Assembly: GCA_964187785.1 (NCBI GenBank)
Contig: OZ076416.1
Span: 930,001 to 994,000, forward strand
Direction: 5' to 3'
DNA length: 64,000 nucleotides
Source: Amphiscolops sp. MND2022
Lineage: Eukaryota
Shown here: positions 46,355 to 58,699 of the stretch, one piece after another
Layout of the letters: every line of letters starts with the position of its first letter
Numbering within the stretch: position 1 is the stretch's first letter
Program-made: the position numbers and the translations under genes
Notes under the pieces: model-generated
The model's input: only the letters and a program-made list of their open reading frames with translations
Databases searched by the model: none
What the model was told of the DNA's origin: nothing

Positions 46355-49300
46355 CTACATTATCAAAAACCATTATGACTAGGCTGGTTAACAAAGGCAA
46401 CAAGAAAAAACACGTACAAAATGAAATTGGAAACATCTAGAGAACGAAGGAAACACGGCAAGCAAGGAAAGAACAATAGTTCATCTGAAAATAAAAGAAA
46501 TGTTCCTTGGATCGAAAAAAAAACAAGCAGTCTTGTCAGTGAAGATGATGAATACGACAAAGAGGGCCAACTTACTAGAAATTGGATTCTAAACGCAACC
46601 GACCAAATTTTCCCATGAAATACGACTATGGTGGAGCCTGCTCTAGTCAAACACTGGAGCATTGGATCATGACAATTGCCTCGGGCTTCCTTGATAGGAA
46701 GATTTTCACTGCATCGCAAATACCCTCGAAGATAACCAAATAGGCTTAGTTGTCGCCTTTTTGAAACTTGCACCAAAAAGCAACGTTAGCGGGATGAAAA
46801 CCGTTCCACGAGGAGGCCCTGGGAGTTCACTAGTAAAAAATGTATACCAATTAAGCCACTTGCTCGAATGCTTCCGAAGATAATAGTAGCCAACTGATTG
46901 GAAATTGGTGTTCAGTTTCGACCTAACAAATTTTCTAACAGAAAAGTCTATGTTGGAACATTCGTCGACAGAACTTGTTCTGCTAGAAAGTAATCGAGAT
47001 TTGTGTCGAAGGCATTCATTAAAAAAAGAAACACGTAGCCATCAACGTCTTTGTTGCAATTCATGTTCTTAGCCAATAGCTTGTGAGCTATATAACCTTT
47101 TTATTGAGAGTACAGCAATGTCAAATTTTTGGAAAAGAACGCGACTCAGATGGTATTTTTTCACCTTTCGAACGATGTCCGAAATCTAGTAGTTTCTAAG
47201 CCTTAAAACGGCAAACAACTCCCTTTGTGGAAGCTTCTAGTTCCTGTTAAAGAAACGGTGACGCTCCTTTGGTGTTATCAATGTTCTGTACGTTTTCCAG
47301 CCAATCTAACAAACTGTGGGCAAGTTTGTAGAAAAATGACGTAACTAAGAAAGAATTCAACAATTTTTTTCATAGTTCGTAATTGATTTCAGTTGGCTTT
47401 AGATGCAATTGCTTGAATGAGCATTTCTGTGATTTTGACGAAGATTTCTTTAAAATTGTTTCTGATGATGATCACGTTTGGATTTCAGTAAAAATGGATT
47501 GAACTCCGAAATTGAAAGATTATCGGATCAAGCTTTAATCAACTAGTGTTTTCTTTCAATTGAGACCATGTAAAGGCTCTGAAGTTCATAATTTGATTGT
47601 TTTACAGGGAATCCTCGGGGGAGCATGGTAGCTCTGTCCGAGAAATTCTTACCACCCAAATTGGCGCCCACTTAAAGCTCAAAAGTTGCAAAGTCTTTCA
47701 AATACGCTCAAGGGCAGTAATTGAGAAAGCTTTTATCACTCTCCCAGTGTCCGAAAAAAAAACAGAAAGGGGCACATTTAAGACTCAAAAGAAGCTTTCC
47801 CTAATTGAAAATTTCGAAAAGTCGCTTAGTGGCAAAAAACTTGGCTTTACTGAACTTTGTAAAAAACCTAGCCAGACAAAGCTACAAGAGGCGCGATAAC
47901 AGGAATTTACGGCGTGTCTCTCTTCAAAGCACCATCCGGCTGAAAGTGTGACTTTGGCTGAGCTTCGAGCAAAAAAACTGGTTAATTTTTGGGAAGTTAT
48001 AAGAGCTTGCAAATGCAAGAGGTGTGGCATATGTGATTGAAAATACTACTTTTTCATCTACGATGCTGTCAAAAAATATATTGTTTGAACTGCATTCTTA
48101 ACAGTTAATAATTTATCAAACTTTCAAAAATCGGGATCATGAAATGAGTTGACGAAATGAGTTGACGCTAATCCATGTTTTCACTCGCTTCCATGTATCC
48201 CAGTTATTTGCTTTTGTTCGAATTACTTGACTTGAATTGTTGAGCGGATGAAGGCGAACAATTAATTATTAACTTTGAAAATCAACTAACTCAAAGCAAC
48301 ATCACACTGAATAATTCAGGTGACGTTTCAATCTACGACATCAAGGTAATCAGACTCCAATTTCGGTCATAGTCTAAACCTGAATTAACATGCATGTTTG
48401 CATGGTTAAAATGACTAAATAACCTTAATGACTTAAACCCTTAAAATTCTGTTTTTCTGCGTCGAATCAGACTGAGATGCAATACTTCAGAGCAACTTTT
48501 TAGCACAAAAAAGAAATCTTAAAACTTTGTCATTGACTTGATCAACTTACAGTTAAAATCCCTGCTTAGAAAATATTCGTCGCAATGAAATTGATATTTC
48601 AATCCACAATTTTGAAAGCATCACTGCGACAAGAATGCAGCAACTGACCTATAGCAAACACCGTTCAACTTTTTCTGAACACATTGTGTTCAAACTATGT
48701 AAAACAAGCAACCCTTCAAGCTCATCAACCCTTTATAGTCTCAAGAAGTTTTGTGGAAAAACATCTCTTGTCAAAAACAAAAAAATAGCTATACAAAACT
48801 AAAGCGAGAAAGCTGTATACGTAACCAACTATTTAGTTAATAATACTTATTTGGTAATAAAACTAATTAGGTAATTATACGTAGCCTAATTGTTGTGATA
48901 AACTTATTAAATAGCATTTGCAAGTGCAACTGCTGTTTAATAAGTCCATTTCAGAGAGGTTAGGTGCCGGCAATATACTACGATTGCGTGGCCTTAGGGA
49001 TTTCAGAAAAACCGGCGATCAGCAAGATCAACTGGGAGTGTTGCAAGGGACTCTGATCGACGCAGAAGTCATCGAACAACGGAAGCTCTGCAATATTCCA
49101 CCTGATATTCCCTATGATTCACGTGGTGGGAGCAAAGTATCTGTCAAAGACACTGAAATCATTGAAGTACCAGAACAAAAGGTCCTACTTACCGGTTGTT
49201 AATGCAATTCCAGGTTTGAGTTTAAAACAACAATCTAATCGCAACTCGGATGGTTACCTTAAAAGCCTTCAAACTCTTCTGACAGGAACGCTTGCCAGAT

Positions 49301-49460
49301 GTGAAAATCTAGTGATCCGGTAGGATATATTTAATAACACTCTGTCCGAGCAAACTTTCAAGAAGACACCAGCAGTATCAAGTCAAACGTCAGTTGAAAC
49401 TCTGAAAACGGGTAGGGACTCCTGACGCATATCACGATATCAAAAAAGCGGGCATCCCTG

Positions 49461-49710
49461 TCATCGGCGTGAAGAAGAATCTGGTCTCCAAGCGTAAACA
49501 AAAGGATAAAGACTTGAATTCACGTAATCAGCCATCCACCAGAGTTCACTCTTGGAACTTAAATCACTGAACATTGTCCTGAAGAACGCAGCTGACATAA
49601 AAAGTATAACGCAGGAATACAGGATCAACGCAGGATCAAAAAAAGACACGAGTATCTCAAAAGAAAAGGAGAGCGAGACAACGAGCAGGGGCCCAATAGG
49701 TAAGTAGTTG
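49461..49710 (-). pseudogene. Possible class A GPCR TM6-TM7 remnant
   Basis: Hydrophobic frame ending YVNSSLYPFVYAWR, resembling NSxxNPxxYAxR. No other TM segments found. Confidence 0.25.
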
Positions 49711-49872
49711 ATTTTTCTGATATGGTCTAGCCTTCGGAGATTTACTTCTTGCTGACGTGCCGTGTTAGGAAGCTCAGCTTGGTAAGGTTAGTAGTTGGTT
49801 CTTCTGATACGGTCTGGCCTTCGGAGATTCATTTCTTGCTGGCTTCCCGTGTTGGAAAACTCAGCTTAGTCC
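49700..49872 (+). repeat. Two 87-bp tandem units directly upstream of LINE ORF1
   Basis: GTAAGTAGTTG..CTGATATGGTCTAGCCTTCGGAGA.. at 49700 and GTTAGTAGTTG..CTGATACGGTCTGGCCTTCGGAGA.. at 49787. Confidence 0.85.
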
Positions 49873-50830
49873 ATGTCGGAGAGAGTGTTAAGATCTCAGA
49901 GCCAGAACAAGTGATCCATTGTTACAAAAACTGCTTCCCGCTCATCAGAGTCCCCGAGAATCGCCATTGTGATGTCATGTCTCAACATCGAAAAAGTGGC
50001 AGAAGCTATTCTCCCGTCATTGAAAGCAAGTGCTCAAGACGCTGTTATCAAAAACATCGAAGATCAGTTTGCTAAAGATTTTACTTGCTTTGAGACAAAC
50101 CTCGGCAATATCAACGAGAAGCTAACTTCCATTGGTGAGACAAATGACAGTATGCAGTTCGAACTAACAAGTATTTGCCAGTCAATTAAAGCTCTCAAAA
50201 GCAGTCAGGAAGTTCTTCAAGACAAAATAGCTACCTTGAAGACTAATGCCAGCTGCTCTGCCGACAGCTTGTCGCGAACGGAAGCAAAAATCGACAGATT
50301 GATGGTTGCAAATCAACAGTTGCAAAGTGAAGCCAACGCACTAAAGAACCGCGATTAAACAGACAAAACTTTCCGAAAAACATGACTCGCTCTTGGAAGA
50401 AAAGATGTCAAACGTAACTCTTCCTGGCACCGCGAACCCTCTGACCAGTGAACACAATGAGCCAGTGCCTTGCTTCTCAACTGAGTTCAGATTAGAGGGT
50501 ATTGAGAAATACAACAGACGGGATTGCTTATTGTTCTTCGGTCTGACAGAATGTGAAAATGAAGACTGCGTCGACAAAATAGTTCACACTGCTTTTGCAA
50601 TGGGGGTGGAAATCATGGACGAAGATGTTTCTGTTAGCCACTGACTGCACACGCGGAACCGAAGATCAGATGAACCCAGACACATAATAGCGAAATTTAC
50701 TCGTCGTAACACCAAAAACCTGATATACGAACCGAAGCATCGCCTGAAATTTTCGGAGAATCACTTCAACGTCTTTGTCCGCGAGCAACCAAAAAAAGAG
50801 AGGGCCAGAGCCCTGTATTGGACGAAAAAT
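49873..50830 (+). pseudogene. LINE ORF1 (coiled coil plus RRM-like domain)
   Basis: ATG 49873 is in frame with track ORF 49969. Then RRDCLLFFGLTECENEDCVDKIV..GVEI..DVSVSH..PRHIIAKFTRR. Confidence 0.8.
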
Positions 50831-51009
50831 GAATGATATAGAGTCACTACTTACGAGTGTCGACTTGTGTTTAAGCGAGAGCAAGAGAATGGTGCGATTA
50901 ACACTTCAAGCGAATTGGGAACCAAAATGGGATGGGACGCTACCAAAATGAAAGGAGTGTTTAAACAATAGCAATCAAAGCCCTCTAAACGTAGCTCGAA
51001 CATCAAACG

Positions 51010-53520
51010 CAGACTCATTGGTCTTCTTCTGAATGTCCATGGCAATAGAAGCAAGCTTAATATGTACGAAATCCAACACGTAGTCAATGGCCATGACATA
51101 AAAGGACTTACTGAAACACTTTCCAGTGCATTTGATCTCGATATCGATATACATGAAGTCTTCATAGGCAAAGATGAATTATTCCTGAAAAGATATAGTG
51201 GACTAGTTTTTATAGTGCACAAGTCACTGAAATACCAGTTCACTAAAACTGATTTAGGACTGTGGCTCAAAGTACCATTAGAAGCTATTGATTACTGGTT
51301 TGGATTATATTATATCCCTGGGGATGCTCGAGGCACTAGGATGCTGAAAATTTTGAAAAAATCCAAAATGATGTTTTGAATTTTAAAAACTGTTACTCCA
51401 TTATGATTTTGTTAGGCGACTTCAATGTACGTACTGAGGAGGTGAGTGAGGATTTCGTTGAGCTTGATAATGAGCACAAGGAAATACCTTCTAGAAGTAA
51501 CCGGGATAAAATCTTCAATACGAACGGCCGTTGTCTGCTCGATCTGTGCAAGAAAACGGAAATGAGGATTATTATTGGAAGTAATGGATCTGATAAAGGG
51601 ATAGGAAAAGTTACCTGTATAACACACAATGGCAAAAGTCTTTTTGATTACTTCATAATAGATAGTTCGTCTTTGAATTTGATAAAAGATATAAATTATT
51701 GGAATTTTGATGAAAGTCTATCTGATGTGCATTGTCGAGTTGTAATAAAGTTAGCGGGGTCGACGGAAACTCCGCCGGACGATTCGGTGGTGGTTTCAAT
51801 ATTAAAAAAACGGAATCGAGGGGTGCAAGAGTCTACACCTCGGATATAAATTAGAAATAGCTGACCGAAATTGAAAATAGCTAACAGGAGGAACCTTGTT
51901 CTCTAGAAACTCTGAATGTAGTGAAGGCCAGAATAGTCCAGGTCATCAAAGATTCCGCAACGAAAGCATGTGCGTTGCAAGAGGTGAAAAACAGTGAAAA
52001 GAAAACGAATCTTTGGTTTGATCGAGAATGTCAGGAGCAACGAACTTTTTATCGACCTATACGTAGAAAGCCTCTAGGAGAGAAAATAATAAAATAATGA
52101 CGAGGGGCGAAAATCAGGTTTCAAGATTTATAGAAGTTTTCTGAAGTGCAAGAAACTCTTGGCTTCTGAGAGGTTTAATACCGAACTCCAAACTAAAAAG
52201 GTTCTACCGGATGACTGGGCCCTCTCTATATATCGCTCTCTATATAAAAAGGGAGACAAGAAAGATCCAAATAATTAAAGATGTAATTCCATTGCCAGCT
52301 GTTTGTGTAAGTTTCTCAATTCCTTATCACTGGAAGAATTGAAAAGGAGTTGGAAAATAAACAGGTTCTAGGACGAGAGCGTGCTGTTTTCAGAAAAAAA
52401 TGTGAGCTGCTATGATCACGCTTTTGTCCTAAATGCTATATATCGACTTACCTAGCCGAAAAGAAAAGACTATTAATGCTATTAATGCAACATTAAGCTA
52501 CTGCGAGGTGAACAACATGTGTATAAATACTGGTAAAACTAAGTACATGATCTTCTCGCGAGGCCTAGTCCAGAAGCATCCTGCTATCACTGCTCACGGC
52601 TAAGCAACCGAGCGTGTGGATACTTTTTGTTACCTGGGGATTGTGTTTAGATATAATACCACTTTCCAAGCCGCGATGAAGCATAGAATAGACAGGGTGA
52701 AAAAAGCTGTTCAAAATACACATTCTCTTGAGTAAAGTGGAACTACAAGTGAGAACAAGGCTTTATCTCTTTGACAGCCTAATACTGCCAATGTTGCTAT
52801 ACGATTGTGAACTCTGGGGTTACGAGAACATTGAACAAATTGAAGTGTTTTAGAATTTTTTTGAGACGAATGTTAGAAATACGTAAAAGCGCACCCAAAG
52901 CCCACAGAGAAGTGGGTCGCCATAAAATAAAATTTATTGTATGGAAACGAACGATAAATTTCTAGAAAAAAAGTTACGAAATCGACCGATAAACTATCAT
53001 TCGTTGGTTTTCGTTAGCTACGTTATAGAAATGAAGCCACGCAATGGCATTTGGGAAATAAACAGTTTCTGATTAACTGTGAAATCCCGTTGGCGGAAGA
53101 ATATGTCGGTCTAGTATCCGAATACGAGTTTGAAAAGTTAATCAAAGCAAAATGCCAAGATCTAGCTTTTCAGTCTTGGCAGATTATGCTTTAAAGCAAC
53201 TCTCTATGCGATAACTACCGTCTATATATACACCGACTTGTGTTTGAACCCTACTTGGAAACTCTATTAAGATCAGATAGAGTAAAACTAGCCTTTTTTT
53301 GGGTGTGCTGCAACTGCTCTACCAACGGTAAAATCGAAGTTTCTGAACTGTCCGGAAGTGTCCTGCCCCTTTTGTGAGACTCGATGTAAACCGGATGAGT
53401 ATCATCTGGTTTTGAAATATGAGAGCTTCGACGATAAGCGTCATGAACTTTTACCTAAATTTTACTATAACTACCCAAATGTCATCAAGTATGACCAGCT
53501 GATACGGTAACTGATAAGAA
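51010..53520 (+). pseudogene. LINE ORF2 (AP endonuclease and RT with core deleted)
   Basis: NVHG, GLTET, YYIP, LGDFNVR, NTNGRCLL, FDYF, SDVH. YKKGDKKDPNN, FRK..CYDH, INTGKTKYMIF, FCYLGI. The AFD/QG/YADD core is missing at about 52470. Confidence 0.85.
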
Positions 53521-54085
53521 TTTATTGAAAAATGTTGCCAAGTTTTTGCATTCGATAAATACTCGGTGCTCTAGTACTGATGTCAACCTTTAGGTTGTTG
53601 TTTGTACGCCCTTGCGCAACAAAAAAAATCAATTCTTCTTCTTCTTCTTTAACTTTATTGGGAAGAGACTTTTCTATTCAACTGAAAATGGCGATGTTTT
53701 TGGCGGAAAGCAATTTCTGCTTCACAGGGTTTTTCAAACAACTTTATTTTTGACTTTTTTGAAAACTGAGTAAGCCGTGGTCCTCCAGAAGAAAAAAGGA
53801 GATGTCCGTTTTTTAGAAGTTACAGTCTGGGAAAAGTTGACAAGTACTCCTAACAAGCGGAACTTCGTCTCTGACGGGACACATTTCAACCTCGGGAGGC
53901 AAAAAGGACTTGTGGTGATGGGCTCCTATCCTGGGTGTTATAGCCATCCCACATGCTCCTCATCTTCACTTGGGTCGTAACGTGGGGAGCGACCGGCTTT
54001 TGCAAAATTGTATTTATCAAAAACTTCAATGTAATTGCAAAATTTTTGTATTTTTGTGAACTTTTGCAGAACGCTTTTTATCTTC

Positions 54086-54532
54086 NNNNNNNNNNNNNNN
54101 NNNNNNNNNNNNNNNNNNNNNNNNNNNNNNNNNNNNNNNNNNNNNNNNNNNNNNNNNNNNNNNNNNNNNNNNNNNNNNNNNNNNNNNNNNNNNNNNNNNN
54201 NNNNNNNNNNNNNNNNNNNNNNNNNNNNNNNNNNNNNNNNNNNNNNNNNNNNNNNNNNNNNNNNNNNNNNNNNNNNNNNNNNNNNNNNNNNNNNNNNNNN
54301 NNNNNNNNNNNNNNNNNNNNNNNNNNNNNNNNNNNNNNNNNNNNNNNNNNNNNNNNNNNNNNNNNNNNNNNNNNNNNNNNNNNNNNNNNNNNNNNNNNNN
54401 NNNNNNNNNNNNNNNNNNNNNNNNNNNNNNNNNNNNNNNNNNNNNNNNNNNNNNNNNNNNNNNNNNNNNNNNNNNNNNNNNNNNNNNNNNNNNNNNNNNN
54501 NNNNNNNNNNNNNNNNNNNNNNNNNNNNNNNN
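54086..54532. other. Assembly gap (447 N)
   Basis: Run of N. Confidence 1.
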
Positions 54533-55250
54533 TAGCGTGTGTCTGCCCCAGCTGCTCGTTTAGCAATCAAGAAACTATGAAACAAGAAAATACTGCTATT
54601 TTTGTTCAGTATCGTTCGCGTTGTCCATGAGTTGCGATAAACGAATGGAAGATATTTTAATGACAATTAACTGTGACTTTCTTTCGTATGAAATCTATCA
54701 GTTGTCCTGTAAATGAATGAGCCTAAGCGCTCCAAAAACATTTTGAACACCTAAAAACGAATAAAATGTAAATAAGACCGAACTGGACAAAAGAGATTTT
54801 TAGCCGACAGTCGTCGTAAAAGAAATTTTAGAAATAATTGACCATCCAAAACGAGATTTAACGACTGGAAACCCAAGCTCTCGAGCTGGTGCTAAAACCT
54901 CGTTCGAATTTTGTAGAAATACCTAGGTAGTGGAAAATTGCATAAGAAAAATCACGGAAATGACAAAAAAAGTAGCTGAAAAACCAGGATTCGTCCTTGG
55001 TCCCAGGCGTACGGATGGCCACCCTCAAACCCAGCACAAATCAATTCATAGACGAGGCCCCACGATACTTGCCAGGGACGACAAGCCAGAAGCCCGGGGA
55101 GTGATGTAACGGCAACTGCCGATATCAACAATTTTCGACGAGTATTTCAACAATATACCAACGTTTCGTTCAAATCTGACGTGGCACTCAAACATGCTGG
55201 CGGTCAAAGAGACGCCCGCGAGAGCAAAAAAAAGGAACGCCAACAGCACT
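54533..55250 (+). mobile_element. Fragment (3' UTR, PPT and start of LTR) of a C/B-related Gypsy element
   Basis: GCCAGGGACGACAAG..GGGGAGTGA|TGTAACGGCA at 55071-55114 parallels 45585-45629 of element B. 54533-54594 is an inverted near-copy of 55432-55493. Confidence 0.8.
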
Positions 55251-55694
55251 TGTATATGTTTTTGACACTATCTCACGGAATTGTGCCATTCTCCAACGAG
55301 ATACCTTGCTACTTTGTTAGCGAAAAACAGTGGATCAGAATGTCTGTCTGAAATACCGTGTGGCGTTCTGTGGTGGCCATCTTGAGCGCTGGGCACCACT
55401 TTTGTTGTTTTCTTGTTCCAAGTATTTTTCAAGTATTTTCTTGTTTCATAGTTTCTTGATTGCTAAGCGAGCAGCTGGGGCAGACACATGCTAAGGCCGT
55501 ACACCCAATGCAGAACAAATAATAATAACTATCAACTAAATAACTAAATAACGAAAATTGCACCTGGTGTGGTAGCACCCTGCATTTGGATAATATGAGG
55601 CAAGTAACGCTCAGGCAAAGTTTAGTTCAAAGTACTTCATTGAGATCACAGAGTTCTAGGGAGCGCGAACGCTCCCGTTTACGGCTTGATTTTC

Positions 55695-58600
55695 TCATTG
55701 GGCCGAGTTACGTCTAGACTTTCCTTTATCTGCTTCATTGATTGCGTCACCATTTTCTGTTGACACCGATGCTTTTCGTCTAAGAGACAGTGCTGTCACC
55801 ATTGCTTCGGAGTCGGAGGTTTCAGGCCTGTTTAGGTCTGCAATCGGCTGGATTAAGGCGAGGTATGGGGTGAATTCTGCTGCTGCACGCTCTCCCTCAG
55901 TTGACTTTTGGGTGATTGGAGGACTTATTGGTTCGGTGTCTAGTATGTGGGTGGGAAGTGCAATGGTTACTGGTTGGTCGAGTGACATCGCCGTGATAGG
56001 AGCCTGCATGGCGGGCGCGAACGCCTGCTGCCTGGTGGTTTCTGCTCTACTGTCAACTGCCACGGCCACGCGTTTGGATACCCAGTTTATTTGGTAACAA
56101 AGCTCGCAAGCTCTTTTCCAATTGGGAAAAGGATCAGATAGCTATAAAACATGATCAAGTCGCAAGATACAACTATTTCAATTAGCAGTGCCAACGGTCC
56201 TGTTACAAAATTGGTTGGTCCGGCAGCTAGCGCGAGCGCTAGCAATTCTCCAATGGTCATTTCCCCAATCGTTTCTAGCAGTTTATCAACTTGAACATTG
56301 GTAAGCGCAATTTCAGCAGCAAGCAAGTCAATGTTCCAACCCAGACCAAGGCTAGTGCAGATGGTCCCCAGGGGCAGCTTGAGCTCGGAAGCTATATCTG
56401 CTAGGGTTCGATCGGCGAGGCGAGTTTGGTACCAGTGCGCATATGTGGTTGCGCAGGCGTCAACTTCCGCTTTTAGGTTGGCGGATTCGGTGGCAACAAT
56501 GTTGCGCAGACCCACGGGGAGTTTCACCGGCGCCGAGCCAGACGCGAAGCGAATTTGGGGAATTGTTCTCTCAACTGCACATGCAGTGGGCCAGTCTCTA
56601 ATCTGCTTTGCCATTTCCGATAGCTCCTCACGTACAGGTATCTCCGTGTTACTACACACCAACCAGTTGTGGCGGCGAACTGTTCTCGTTCAGTGGCTGT
56701 TGCTTCCCTAGTCAACCGGCGACCTTGCTGGTCAAAGGTCAACCGACTCATGCTCATTCCGTGATCATAGAAGATGGCGTCGTCTATGGTCAGCTGGGAA
56801 TTTCGAAAGCGGTCCACAGACTGCACTACCTCCGAGATGGACGCTATATGTGCTAGGTAGGAGAGCGCAGCTGGGCGCAGATCGCCAGTACCTACTCGTA
56901 GATTTAGGGCACAGATAGCGAAATCTAATCGACGTGCATTGCACACCACCATCAGTAAGTAGACAAATTTTTGGAGATTTCGTTCCCAATACATGAAGCC
57001 TGGCGGTGAAATGAAGAGTGCAGAGGCTCCCAACTGACCACTAAGGATCTCAATGGCTGTCTCCATTGCGTCAGGTACCACTCACAGCAGGCCTCCAGCA
57101 CGTTCGGGATGTTTGACGTCATTCATGAACAGATTCATCAACAGTCCCTCATAGGCCATATGATCAAGGACGTTGGCAATGATGACGCGTTGTGGCGGTA
57201 GTTCCTTCAATGAACCCGTGAGGTTTGGGTCGAATATTGCCACCACCATTTCGGCCATTTCGGGAATACGCGTCAATGGCATAGTCATGGCCATTACGTC
57301 CGGTATCAGATTGTCGATTGGTAGGTCGCTCTTGCAGGTTGAATGCACAACCACACAATAACGAGCACGCTGCAGAACACTCTTCAATTGTGGCTTTAGT
57401 GATGTCAAATGCCGTTCATACCTGGTATTCGCTTCCCATGTCCCTCCTTCTCGTAAGCAAAATCGTGCCGAGAACTGTTCAGACAGGTCATGTTGTATGG
57501 CAGCCAGGTAGTTATGGCGTGTCCTTGGTAGTCGCTCAGCAGCGCGTTGCTCCCAAGCTTGCTCGGATACGTTGGTCAGCATTGTTTGGATGGGTTCGTT
57601 TCTTTGTGGCGTACAGGTGCGCGTGGAAGAGTTCTGCTGCTTCCCATATGCGTTTGGAGTCGTTTGCGACCACGGAACCTGACACGTCCTCGGACGGGGG
57701 AAGGAATGCCGGCGGACTTGGTTCCTCTGCCTCTATGGGTTCGTTGGGAGTCGGCGTTGGTTGTTGCTTGTCTGGGGGAGGACGACTGATTGGGCTCTCA
57801 GTTATTGAGCCTGCTGACGTGGAAGCGGTGATTTCTTGGCCTGCTTCATCGTTAGAACTTGTGGGTAGGGCTCTACCATCGCCCAATCTAACGTCAGCCT
57901 CCATGGGTGAACCTCCTGTTGGTGTTCCCGACGACTCACAGCCCGAGGGCTGAGCTGCCGCTTGCAAGTACCCAGCCAGGCCCGGCACTCGTTGTTGTAA
58001 GGCTCGTAAAATGTCTGATGACTCCGGATAATTGGCGACAACTTGCAGCGCAACTATCACCGCTTGCTCATTAGGATTTCTACCAGTAAGGTCCGGACTT
58101 GGCAGGGGAAGAAGACGGGATTCTGAAGGCTCACGAAATGCTATCTGTACTCTGGACGCTGTTTGCACTCTAGTGGTTGATTGCACAACGGCGGGTGGCA
58201 TCCCGTGTTGCATTCCAAAATCAGGAGAACCGGCATATGATGGTACAATTTGCGTTTGCTGCGGCATCGGTTGTTGGTAGGATACTGTCTGAGAAGGCGG
58301 CAATTGCAATGTGAGTTGATTGATCGGCATCATCTTCAAGGACGCTTCCTGCTCAAACGTACCATCATGGCTTGGTCCATACACCGTGGTGGATCTCTCG
58401 TCCAGGAACTGGTGGGTCAAATCATATCCAGCCCACGCGTTATTCTGGCACACTAAAGTGCGTCGGTAGCCAGCCACCTCCGCAGTGATAGCGAGTGACA
58501 TACCTGGGAGGGTCTGCAATGTCTCCAGTTGGGTCAGCAGGGCCGCCGCCGCAGCCACGGCTACTGGAGGAATGACAATTCTAAGGCGCTCCTCTATGTA

Positions 58601-58699
58601 TTGCGCCTGGCTGACCCTCTGCGCGAGCGCAGTTTCCTGGGTTCTCTGTGTGCCAGCAGGCACTGGAGGAGGCATTGAGCTAGTGGGGTAAAATGCCAT
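55695..58699 (-). pseudogene. ORF2 of element C (about 1 kb internal deletion relative to B)
   Basis: Track ORFs 57536, 57082, 56524, 56087 and 55695 align to ORF2 of B. The sequence jumps from GKELASF to VSKRVAVA at about 56090. Confidence 0.85.

Larger units (their letters stand above)
49700..53630 (+). mobile_element. Degenerate non-LTR retrotransposon (APE-RT LINE, CR1/L2/RTEX-like group)
   Basis: ORF1 with coiled coil and YNRRDCLLFFGLTE..PRHIIAKF. ORF2 with APE motifs, RT remnants and a C-terminal CPFC..DEYH knuckle. Ends are approximate. Confidence 0.88.

Noticed and set aside
46360-49200. Short ORFs (46421, 46363, 47597, 47785, 48918)
   Set aside because: No recognisable motifs or consistent frame; probably very old repeat debris.
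53633-54085. Minus-strand AATAAA plus (GAA)n tail as the 3' end of another retroposon
   Set aside because: No coding remnant or TSD, and the region is cut by the gap.
53938-54666. Four long ORFs in the track
   Set aside because: They are open only because they span the N gap.
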